Part shown: one piece after another, positions 37,811 to 45,684 of the stretch
How the letters are laid out: every line of letters starts with the position of its first letter
Numbering within the stretch: position 1 is the stretch's first letter
Source: an uncultured Acholeplasmataceae bacterium
GTDB taxonomy: Bacteria > Bacillota_I > Bacilli_A > Acholeplasmatales > Acholeplasmataceae
Direction of reading: 5' to 3'
Assembly (NCBI GenBank): GCA_963539835.1
Contig: CAUTMM010000003.1
Location: 78,728-142,727, forward strand
DNA: 64,000 bases
Notes under the pieces: model-generated
The model's database searches: none
What the model was told of the DNA's origin: nothing
The model's input: only the letters and a program-made list of their open reading frames with translations
Position numbers and translations under genes: made by a program

Positions 37811-38397
37811 TATTGGCGCTCCTTGACTTTTGAGTTGTCAGATTCTTTTAGCTCTATTTCTTTGTTTTCTAGTTCTTCAGTTTCCACTCCTTTAATTTCG
37901 CTTTCGTTTAGATGGCTTTCCAAGTCATTCAAATCAACGCAGGTAGTTTGAATAACTTCGGGTTCAACTGAATCAGCTTCGTTCTCATGGGGTTTTGCTT
38001 GTTTATATGTATTCATTAGTTGTTTTTCTCTGACCTTCCACGTTGTAGTTAAACAAAAAGGAACAGCGATAGCGATAGAAGAAACGCCAACTACAATAAA
38101 TGCAATTGCCAAAATTAACGAAAAAGTCTTAGTTGGATCAAATAAATTGATGTAAAAAGGAATTAACATCAAAAATCCCGCAACAGAATACAAAATATCA
38201 TCCATATTTTTTTCAAACTTATAAAAATAAAGCCCAATAGTTGTAGCAATTAAGTTAACTCCAAATATAGACTTTGCGACTATGTAGCAAATTAAAAGGT
38301 TATAATTAGTTGGACTTTTAATAAAACTAAAGCCGATTGTAACTGCCAAAATTATTGATGTGATTAAAATATAATAACTTCTTTTTTCTTTAAACAT
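37810..38397 (-). CDS. Polytopic membrane protein (about 4 TM) with an acidic C-terminal tail
   Basis: 195 aa. Its stop overlaps the next ATG (TAATG at 37808-37812). No family recognised. Confidence 0.62.
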   Translation of the reverse strand: MFKEKRSYYILITSIILAVTIGFSFIKSPTNYNLLICYIVAKSIFGVNLIATTIGLYFYKFEKNMDDILYSVAGFLMLIPFYINLFDPTKTFSLILAIAFIVVGVSSIAIAVPFCLTTTWKVREKQLMNTYKQAKPHENEADSVEPEVIQTTCVDLNDLESHLNESEIKGVETEELENKEIELKESDNSKVKERQ

Positions 38398-38405
38398 ATC
38401 AACTA

Positions 38406-38411
38406 ATTATA
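38406..38411 (-). promoter_or_regulatory. -10 hexamer TATAAT, 8 nt upstream of the operon ATG (leaderless-type)
   Basis: The minus strand reads TTTAGTATAATTAGTTGATATG. There is no SD. Confidence 0.35.
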
Positions 38412-38429
38412 CTAAATAAACTTAGGCTT

Positions 38430-38438
38430 TGTTATAAT
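38430..38438 (+). promoter_or_regulatory. Extended -10 element TGTTATAAT for the ktrA-like operon
   Basis: Located about 50 nt upstream of the GTG at 38488 (SD TTGAGGT). Confidence 0.45.
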
Positions 38439-38487
38439 ATAGCCGTCTTTTTAATTTATTTTAAAGAAACAAATTGAGGTATTTATC

Positions 38488-39147
38488 GTGAAAAAAACTA
38501 TCTTAGTAGTAGGCCTTGATAATTTCGGGCAAACAATTTGCAAAGACTTATCTGAAAACGGACATATCGTAATTGCACTTGACCAAACTAGTGAAAAAAC
38601 TTTGAGAGTTGAGCCTTTTGTCGAACACGCTGCAACTGGTGTTTTGACAACCGCAGACATCTACAAAGACCTTGGACTTGGCCACGCTGACTGGGCTGTG
38701 GTTTCATTTCCAACACACTTTGACACTGCGATGATTATTGTAACTATCTTAAAAGATTTAGGAATGACAAATATTATTTGCCAGGTTACTAACGAATATC
38801 AAGAGCGAATTGCCAAAATGCTTGGAGCTTCGGTTACTATTTATCCAGATAACATCGCAAGTAAACAAACTGTTCGCAAAATCATTTGGCAGAATGTACT
38901 GGAACACTATGCACTAGACCAAAACTACGGAGTTTACGAAGTAATTGTTAATACCAACCGTTATGACGGAAAAACTCTAAGAGAACTGCAATTTCCAGAG
39001 ACTTATTCGGTAAACATTGTGCTAATTCGCAGAGCAGGTGTGACGAAAATGCCTTCTAAAAATGAAGTTTTAGAGAAAAATGACGTCGTAATTGTATTGT
39101 GCGAGCAAAACAAAATCAGTAAATTTCAAGAAATCTTAAATGACTAA
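38488..39147 (+). CDS. RCK-domain K+ transport regulatory subunit (KtrA/KtrC/TrkA-like)
   Basis: 219 aa. Rossmann motif VVGLDNFGQTICKDL...VIALD (RCK_N). The RCK_C part is colinear with Bacillus KtrA. No KtrB/TrkH membrane partner is adjacent. Confidence 0.85.
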   Translation: MKKTILVVGLDNFGQTICKDLSENGHIVIALDQTSEKTLRVEPFVEHAATGVLTTADIYKDLGLGHADWAVVSFPTHFDTAMIIVTILKDLGMTNIICQVTNEYQERIAKMLGASVTIYPDNIASKQTVRKIIWQNVLEHYALDQNYGVYEVIVNTNRYDGKTLRELQFPETYSVNIVLIRRAGVTKMPSKNEVLEKNDVVIVLCEQNKISKFQEILND

Positions 39148-40579
39148 ACTGCTTTTTGCAAGTCATAATTTAAACAAAGTTAAAGAAATTAAAGCATTTT
39201 TTTTAAACACTGAGTTTGAAATAATTTCTTTAACTGATTTAAATGACCAAACTAAAATCGAAGAATCCGGAAAAACTTTTCAAGAAAACGCGTTAATCAA
39301 AGCGCGTTATTTTTTCAATAAGTATCATTTGCCGACAATTGCCGACGACTCAGGTTTAGAAATAGTCGCATTAAACGGCTATCCTGGGGTTGAAACTAAA
39401 AGAAAAGAAGCAGAAATTTTTAAAAACCAAGGAAAACAGTTATTTGAAAAACTTAATGGTTTAAGTAAAAATGCCTCGTTTAAAGTGGTGCTTTGTCTTT
39501 ATTTTAACGGTGAGGCTAGGTACTTTGACGGTGAGATTAAAGGCGAGGTCAAACCGTACTCTGAGTTTGTCAAAAACACTTTTTTATATGACAACATTTT
39601 TTGGCCACGTGGCGCTAAGCGTGCTTTTTGTGAGTTTTCGGTAGACGAAAAAAATAAAATTTCGCACCGCGGGCAAGCAATTTCTAAGTTAATAAAATCA
39701 GTTAAGGGCAAGCCTTTTTTATTTGACCCTAAAAAAACTGCCTGCGCCTTTATTAAAGACACCTTTGGACTTGAACCTGAATATATAGACAGACTAAAAA
39801 AGGGCCGTCAAAACTTTGTTTTTAAGTTTCAGGTGTTTGGAAAAACTTACACTATTCGCATTCCTGGGTTTCCGCTTTATCCGTTTATTTCGTATACTGA
39901 CGAAGAAAAGATCCTAGAGATTGCCGAAAAAAACTCAATCTGCCCCGAAACTTTTTATCACAACCCAGATACTGGAATTAAGATCTCTAAATATATAGAG
40001 ACTACTTTAGAGTCTAAACCTGACTTAAAAGAAGTAGTTTTTAGGCTAAAAACACTTCACCAAATTAAAAAAGTAGAACCTTTTGACTATATTGCTCGGC
40101 TTGACGAAGCAATAAAAATGTCAAATTCTATTTCTGATAATTTAGATTTTCAAAAAGGATATCAGTTATTTAAAGCAGAACACAAAGAATTGTTTTCTAA
40201 ATTTTCGCCTTGTCAAATCCACGGTGATTTTCAGGCTGACAATATTTTGGTAGATAAATATTTTGCAAATCCTTTAATTTCTGATTTTGAGTTTACTAGA
40301 ACAGGATATCCAATTGAAGATATCACTAGTTTTTCAGGGCTTAGTTTAACTAAAATTAAAAAAGTTTTTGCACTTTATTTTGAAAAAGAACCGACAAAAA
40401 CAGAAATTAAGACTGTTTTATTCGCGCGTCTTTTTCAAATGCTTTTTTGGAATGCAGTGTCTAATTTTAAAAAAGATAGCAAAAACTCAGGTTTATTTAA
40501 TTTAAATTGGCAAGAAATTGAGACTTATTTAAATAACGAAGTTAAAAACACAATTGAGGCAATTGAGGACTTGAAATGA
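39140..40579 (+). CDS. Fusion protein: RdgB/HAM1-family non-canonical NTP pyrophosphatase (N) plus APH/choline-kinase-fold kinase-like domain (C)
   Basis: 479 aa. The N-terminal half has LLFASHNLNKVKE, ESGKTFQENALIKA, ADDSGLEIVALNGYPGV and EKNKISHRGQA. The C-terminal half has the catalytic-loop-like IHGDFQADNILVD and the metal-binding-like ISDFEF. Confidence 0.82.
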   Translation: MTKLLFASHNLNKVKEIKAFFLNTEFEIISLTDLNDQTKIEESGKTFQENALIKARYFFNKYHLPTIADDSGLEIVALNGYPGVETKRKEAEIFKNQGKQLFEKLNGLSKNASFKVVLCLYFNGEARYFDGEIKGEVKPYSEFVKNTFLYDNIFWPRGAKRAFCEFSVDEKNKISHRGQAISKLIKSVKGKPFLFDPKKTACAFIKDTFGLEPEYIDRLKKGRQNFVFKFQVFGKTYTIRIPGFPLYPFISYTDEEKILEIAEKNSICPETFYHNPDTGIKISKYIETTLESKPDLKEVVFRLKTLHQIKKVEPFDYIARLDEAIKMSNSISDNLDFQKGYQLFKAEHKELFSKFSPCQIHGDFQADNILVDKYFANPLISDFEFTRTGYPIEDITSFSGLSLTKIKKVFALYFEKEPTKTEIKTVLFARLFQMLFWNAVSNFKKDSKNSGLFNLNWQEIETYLNNEVKNTIEAIEDLK

Positions 40580-43578
40580 ATATAGAGAAATTATTGCTGC
40601 TTGAACGCACAGTAGACACAGTTTATATCATTAAGTCTTTTTTAGATAAAAACACAATTTCTTTGCAAGACTATCGTCGTGCGGTTTTTTTCATGCAAGA
40701 AATACTTTTAGAAAACCACAAACACAAAGAAGCAATTGAAGTTTCAAACTCCGTATGGCCAAAGTTCAAAGAAGCCGAAGAAAAAGAATATCTACTTTTT
40801 TTAACTAATTGGTTTTGGGCGTATTTAAGAAGTGGCAGCTCAGTAAATGCTCGCGAGATTTTTTTAAAAATTAAAGAAAAATACGGCTACAAAGTTGACT
40901 TTGATTTAGTTTATCTAGAGATAAATTTACTTAAACTAGAACAAAAGTTTGACTCAGATAAAGTTATTTCAGAGCTGAAAAAAACAGATTTGCCAGAAAA
41001 CTACGCTAGATACTATTTAAAAGAACTAGTTTCGTTTTTTGTCAGTCAAAACAAATTAGACTTAGCCTATGACTATTTAAATCAGGCAAATTCCAGATTT
41101 GATGAGCGTGACTTTGAACAAGAACTTAAATTGCTATTCGCCCTTGGTTGGGTTGACGAACTAAAACAAGTTTTAAAAGACTGCAATGGTATGGGCAAAT
41201 ATAAGGTAATTTCACAAGTTTACCACTATTGTATCGCTGTTAGCGAACAAAACAACCACCGCGCAGATATTATTCAGTCAGAATACGAAAAAGACATTTT
41301 AAAGTTAGCAGACAATGACTTAATTTTAATGTTTCTAGAGGCTCAACTTAAGTTTTTTAAAGCAAACTCACAACGTAACAACGAAGAAAAAACAGCGAAA
41401 CGCATCGCTAAGTTTCAGCAAAAGAAAGACAAAACAACTAAGTTAAACCTTGGGGAAGAACCAGTTATTTCACTTCAAGAAGATACTAAACCTAACTTTG
41501 AAGTAAAAGAAAAAGCCATAAAAGTTGAGGCCAGAGTTTATCAAAACTTTTTTGACGTCATGAGTTTTTACGCCAAAATTCCGCAAGATTTGAGTCTAAG
41601 AGAAACACTTAGAAGTCTTTTAATTAAAAGTGAGGCTTTAGTGCCAGCGGCTGATTTAGTAATTTTAAAAAATCAAACTTTATATAACTACAAAAAAGAA
41701 AGACTTTACAACAAAGATATTGAAGATATTCAGTTAGCTGATACCGCTTTTAGTAAACTAGTTCAAGTTAACTTTGACAAAATATACCAACAAGGCGATT
41801 TAACTGAGTTTAAAAACCCACTTACTGGCAGTCCATACTCCCCTGAATACCAGACGCTTTACTGTTTTTCTTTAAGCAAAAACTTAAAGTTTATCGTGCA
41901 AAGTCATAACTTTCAAGAAAGTGAATACACTTATTTTAAATTACTTTCAGCGCTTATTTTAGATGTTTTTGAAAAAGACAAAAACTTACTTAAACTAAAA
42001 CAAATTACTAACTTATTTACGACTTTAAAAGAAAACTCAACTCTGGCGTTTAAATACTACATAGACGAGCAAATTCATCTAAGCGTAGGAATGCGCGCGC
42101 TTTTAGACGGAGTTGAGACAACTACGCTAGACCAATACTGCACGCAAATTGTGGGTAGCGACAAAATTAGCTATAAAAAAGAGTTTTTAACTTGTAGTTT
42201 AAAACCAGGAAACTCACTAAAGCAAAAATACAGACTCAGAAAAAAACAAGTTGTGGAACTCGCAAGTTCTGTTGATTTATTTGGTAAAGTCGTGGTCTTT
42301 TCAGTAGTTTTAGACATAGACGAAGAACAAAGAACAATTAACACTTTGGCTGAAACTGCAAAGGTCAACAATATATATGGGCTGTATTCACACACAGAAC
42401 TTGAACGCGCTTTTCAAAGCAAGTTAATTGATAAGTTTTCCTTAATTTTAATTGAACTGAACTTCAATAACCGACATCTTTACTCACTTGAACTACAAGA
42501 AAAATATATTGCTGAGTTTCTAGATGTTTTAAAAGAGTTTTTTAACACTGACTTAATTTACTTCATTCAAGACAACAAGTTTGCTTTGTATGTGGATTTT
42601 AACGACATCAGAGCCTTGAGTAATGTGCTTAGTGAACTAAGTAAAAAAACACAAAACATCGGCAAACAAAACTGCTTAGAGTTAACCTTCTTATTTACAG
42701 CCTCTGCACTTAGATATCCAACTGCAACTTACAACAAAACTTTTAAAAAAATCTACAGATTTGCAGACCTTGCTTTAAACCTTGCTAAAACAAATGGAAA
42801 AGTCTTTCATATTTTTGAAAAAGAAGACCTGCACCAAGATATTTTTGAAGACGATGTTATCAAACTAATTTTAAACTATCCAGATAAGCTGAAGTTAATG
42901 CTTTTGCCAATAGTTGATGAAAACAAAAATGTTGTGCTTTACCAGGCTGGTTTTAGTCTAGACGGCTTTGACCTGGATTTTAAAGAAATTAAAGAAATTG
43001 CAAAAAAACACCGCAAGGCTGTAGAAATTGACTCAATTTTGTTTAAAGAAGTTGTAAATGCTTTAAATATAGCAACCGAAAAATTTGGCCAGATTTTTGA
43101 TGTTCTTTTACCACTGTCTAAAGAGTCTTTAATGTCTCTAGAGCTTAAAAAACAAATAAGTAAACTAAAATACAAATATCTAGCCCCACACATTTGCTTC
43201 TTATTTCCAAATGAAGAAGAACTACCCGGCGTTGTTGAAAACTTCAAGCAAAACCTTGAACAAAGTAAACATAAAGTGTTTACCAAAAATATCTCGGCGT
43301 ATTTAAGATACGGTTTTCAAGGAGTAGTTCAAAGATACACCGACGGCATTCGTTTTACTGAGTTTATCAAGATGTTTGCCCTTGAAACTAAAAAAACAAA
43401 CTCTTGTTTGATTGTCAAAGACTTAACTAAAAAAGATGAGTTTAACTCAATTAAAAAAATCAAAGACATTTGTTTTCAAGGTAAGTTATTCGCGCCAATT
43501 TCGGTTAGCGAAATATTTAGCAAAATGCAAGAAACTCAAGTCCAAAAGCCTGAGTTAGACAATGAAAACGAGATTTAA
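40576..43578 (+). CDS. 1000-aa multidomain protein: helical-repeat N-terminus, GAF/PAS-like middle, degenerate GGDEF and degenerate EAL domains
   Basis: ATGA overlap with the upstream stop. A PAS-to-GGDEF junction-like segment reads VVLDIDEEQRTINTLAETAKVNNIYGLYSHTELERAF. The GGDEF position reads IQDNKFALYV. ADLALNLAKTNGK stands in place of ADxALYxAKxxGR. The EAL part has LLPIV (for YQPIV), YQAGFSL (for EALLR) and a terminal FQGKLFAPIS (for QGYLFSxP). The CDS is secure; the domain calls are motif-level only. Confidence 0.8.
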   Translation: MNIEKLLLLERTVDTVYIIKSFLDKNTISLQDYRRAVFFMQEILLENHKHKEAIEVSNSVWPKFKEAEEKEYLLFLTNWFWAYLRSGSSVNAREIFLKIKEKYGYKVDFDLVYLEINLLKLEQKFDSDKVISELKKTDLPENYARYYLKELVSFFVSQNKLDLAYDYLNQANSRFDERDFEQELKLLFALGWVDELKQVLKDCNGMGKYKVISQVYHYCIAVSEQNNHRADIIQSEYEKDILKLADNDLILMFLEAQLKFFKANSQRNNEEKTAKRIAKFQQKKDKTTKLNLGEEPVISLQEDTKPNFEVKEKAIKVEARVYQNFFDVMSFYAKIPQDLSLRETLRSLLIKSEALVPAADLVILKNQTLYNYKKERLYNKDIEDIQLADTAFSKLVQVNFDKIYQQGDLTEFKNPLTGSPYSPEYQTLYCFSLSKNLKFIVQSHNFQESEYTYFKLLSALILDVFEKDKNLLKLKQITNLFTTLKENSTLAFKYYIDEQIHLSVGMRALLDGVETTTLDQYCTQIVGSDKISYKKEFLTCSLKPGNSLKQKYRLRKKQVVELASSVDLFGKVVVFSVVLDIDEEQRTINTLAETAKVNNIYGLYSHTELERAFQSKLIDKFSLILIELNFNNRHLYSLELQEKYIAEFLDVLKEFFNTDLIYFIQDNKFALYVDFNDIRALSNVLSELSKKTQNIGKQNCLELTFLFTASALRYPTATYNKTFKKIYRFADLALNLAKTNGKVFHIFEKEDLHQDIFEDDVIKLILNYPDKLKLMLLPIVDENKNVVLYQAGFSLDGFDLDFKEIKEIAKKHRKAVEIDSILFKEVVNALNIATEKFGQIFDVLLPLSKESLMSLELKKQISKLKYKYLAPHICFLFPNEEELPGVVENFKQNLEQSKHKVFTKNISAYLRYGFQGVVQRYTDGIRFTEFIKMFALETKKTNSCLIVKDLTKKDEFNSIKKIKDICFQGKLFAPISVSEIFSKMQETQVQKPELDNENEI

Positions 43579-43594
43579 AAATCTCGTTTTTTTA
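43568..43594 (+). terminator. Rho-independent terminator
   Basis: ACGAGATTT-AA-AAATCTCGT followed by TTTTTTT. The hairpin spans the stop codon of the 1000-aa gene. Confidence 0.75.
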
Positions 43595-43644
43595 TTTTAA
43601 AATCGCAAAAAATCCGTCTTTTTTTAGGTTTACTAGCCGTTTCG

Positions 43645-43653
43645 TGGTAAAAT
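43645..43653 (+). promoter_or_regulatory. Extended -10 element TGGTAAAAT
   Basis: Located 24 nt upstream of the ATG at 43677, with SD AAAGAGGT in between. Confidence 0.45.
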
Positions 43654-43676
43654 TAAAACCAAAGAGGTACTAATTT

Positions 43677-43868
43677 ATGGACAGAATAGAAGACAAAAAA
43701 CTAATTGGCCAAAAAGTCAAAGTAGAAAAAGAAAGAAGTTATGGAGTGGTTACTAGAATAGACTATGAACACGGTTTAATTTACGTGATTTTCGCTAGAA
43801 TGCGTGAAGAAAAATACCCTTATCCAGAGGCAATTGACCAAGGTATTTTGACTCCAGTTGGAAAATAA
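43677..43868 (+). CDS. Small hypothetical protein (63 aa)
   Basis: Good SD. It ends 2 nt before the pepC ATG. The composition is beta-rich and basic-acidic. No family recognised. Confidence 0.55.
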   Translation: MDRIEDKKLIGQKVKVEKERSYGVVTRIDYEHGLIYVIFARMREEKYPYPEAIDQGILTPVGK

Positions 43869-43870
43869 TT

Positions 43871-45175
43871 ATGGAAATTTCAAAAGAATTACTTCAAAAA
43901 TACAACAAAAGTTTCACAAAAAACAAACAACTTTGTGCAATTAAAAGAGCGCTTGTCCGTTCTAAATTAGCAGATGTTGTCTATGTTCAAGAAAACGAAC
44001 AACTTGTCAGCACTCATTTTTCGCACTCCATCCCTGCTTTAAACATCTCTAACCAAAAACAATCTGGACGTTGCTGGATGTTTTCAGGTTTAACCTTTTT
44101 AAGATATCAAATAGCAAAAAAAATAAAACTAGAAAGTTTTGAACTTTCTCAATCTTACCTGCAATACTATGATTTACTAGAAAAAGTAAATTACTTTTTT
44201 TCAGTAATTGACAAAAACTTAAGTCTAGACCCAGAAGATCGTCGCTTTATGTTTATAAACGAACCTTTAACTGGAGACGGTGGCTACTGGCAATACTTTG
44301 TTAACTTAGTTAAAAAATACGGAATTGTACCAAAATCTGTACAACCTGAAAACGCACAAACTTCAAATACACACCATATGCAAAGTTTAATTACTTTGAT
44401 TGTCAAAAAATACGCAGTCGACGCAAAAAGTAATTTCAAGGCAGGCAAAGTTGAGTTAAATAAAGAACTTAGAGAAAAAGCGTTTTTAGATGCTTTTAAA
44501 GTTATTTCTAGTTCAATGCCAGCGCCAATTGAAAAATTTGACTTTGAATACACCGATAAAGACAAAAAATACCACATTGACCGCAATTTAACCCCTCAAA
44601 TCTTCTTTGAAAAATACGTAGACATTAACTTAGATGACTACGTGACAGTCTCTTCAGACTGCTCACGTAACTTTGAATTTATGCAACCATATGAACTTGA
44701 ATACTGCACTAATATGGAAGGTGCACCTTTACAAGTTGAGTTTAACTTACCAAAACAAAGACTAATTGAACTAACTGTTGCGCAACTTAGAGACAACTTA
44801 CCTGTTTGGTTTGCCTGCGATGTTGGCAAAGAAAGCGACTCTAAACATTTTGCCAATGAAATGGTTGCTTGGAAAGAAATTTTTGGCCTAGATTTAGAGT
44901 ACTCAGAAAAAGACAGAATTGAAATGCAAGAACTAAAACTAACCCACGCTATGGTTTTCACTGGTTTTTCTGAAGTTAAAAAACAAGTTACTAAGTTTAA
45001 AGTAGAAAACTCATGGGGCACTGAACCAGGGTTTTCAGGAATTTATCCGATGTCTGTAAGTTGGTTTAAAAAATATGTTGGTGAAGTTATTATTGACAAA
45101 AAATACTTAACCGACGAAGAAAGACAAGCACTTTTAAAGAAACCAATCTTAAAACAATACTTTGAATTAAACTAA
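43871..45175 (+). CDS. pepC: Aminopeptidase C (bleomycin hydrolase-type C1 cysteine peptidase)
   Basis: 434 aa. Active-site QKQSGRCWMFSG, THAMVFTG, ENSWG. Confidence 0.92.
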   Translation: MEISKELLQKYNKSFTKNKQLCAIKRALVRSKLADVVYVQENEQLVSTHFSHSIPALNISNQKQSGRCWMFSGLTFLRYQIAKKIKLESFELSQSYLQYYDLLEKVNYFFSVIDKNLSLDPEDRRFMFINEPLTGDGGYWQYFVNLVKKYGIVPKSVQPENAQTSNTHHMQSLITLIVKKYAVDAKSNFKAGKVELNKELREKAFLDAFKVISSSMPAPIEKFDFEYTDKDKKYHIDRNLTPQIFFEKYVDINLDDYVTVSSDCSRNFEFMQPYELEYCTNMEGAPLQVEFNLPKQRLIELTVAQLRDNLPVWFACDVGKESDSKHFANEMVAWKEIFGLDLEYSEKDRIEMQELKLTHAMVFTGFSEVKKQVTKFKVENSWGTEPGFSGIYPMSVSWFKKYVGEVIIDKKYLTDEERQALLKKPILKQYFELN

Positions 45176-45186
45176 CCATGTAAATT

Positions 45187-45211
45187 AAAAGCCCCACATT
45201 GTGGGGCTTTT
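45187..45211. terminator. Bidirectional rho-independent terminator (pepC / rplS)
   Basis: AAAAGCCCCAC-ATT-GTGGGGCTTTT. Confidence 0.8.
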
Positions 45212-45235
45212 AAAATGTTTTTTAAGTTAAAAAAA

Positions 45236-45595
45236 CTATTTTCTAACTTCTTTAATACGTGCAGCCTTAGTTGAAAGATTACGGATGTAGTTAAGTTTAG
45301 CACGGCGTACTTTTCCGTGTCTGGTAACTTCAATTTTGACAATTAGTGGTGAGTGAATTGGGAAAGTTCTTTCAACTGCAACACCGTAAGAAATTTTTCT
45401 AACAGTAAAAGTTTCAGAAACTCCTCTACCTTGTCTCTTAATTACCAAACCTTCAAACAACTGGGTTCTGGTACGTTTTTCTTCCTTAATGGTAACGTGT
45501 ACTTTAACATTATCACCAGGTCCGAAACTAGGAACATCTTGCTTTAAGTAAGATTTTGTTAACTCAGCAAGCAATTGTTGACCTTTTAAACTCAT
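45236..45595 (-). CDS. rplS: 50S ribosomal protein L19
   Basis: 119 aa. [26 protein letters not shown]...R. SD AAGGAGGA upstream. Confidence 0.97.
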   Translation of the reverse strand: MSLKGQQLLAELTKSYLKQDVPSFGPGDNVKVHVTIKEEKRTRTQLFEGLVIKRQGRGVSETFTVRKISYGVAVERTFPIHSPLIVKIEVTRHGKVRRAKLNYIRNLSTKAARIKEVRK

Positions 45596-45678
45596 ATCGG
45601 GTCCTCCTTGTAAGATTTTTGAAAGAATGTGTTCATGCTATTTTAGATAAAATTTTTGAGTTGCAGCGGACCACATAC
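45596..45678 (-). promoter_or_regulatory. rplS 5' UTR (~83 nt) with possible sequestration of the SD and start codon
   Basis: The predicted 5' end GUAUGUGGUCC can pair with GGACCCGAUAU (5 bp + 2-nt internal loop + 4 bp). That target spans the 3' part of the SD and the AU of the AUG. This is reminiscent of the Firmicute L19 leader concept, but homology is not shown. Confidence 0.3.
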
Positions 45679-45684
45679 TTTTTA

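Noticed and set aside
44284-45021. 100-aa and 127-aa minus-strand ORFs inside pepC; 38451-38660 inside ktrA; 54587-54964 inside tig; 55205-55393 and 55786-55977 inside the HAD gene; 42171-42395 and 42939-43286 inside the 1000-aa gene
   Set aside because: They are antisense to genes with clear family motifs or clear operon signals, and they have no SDs.
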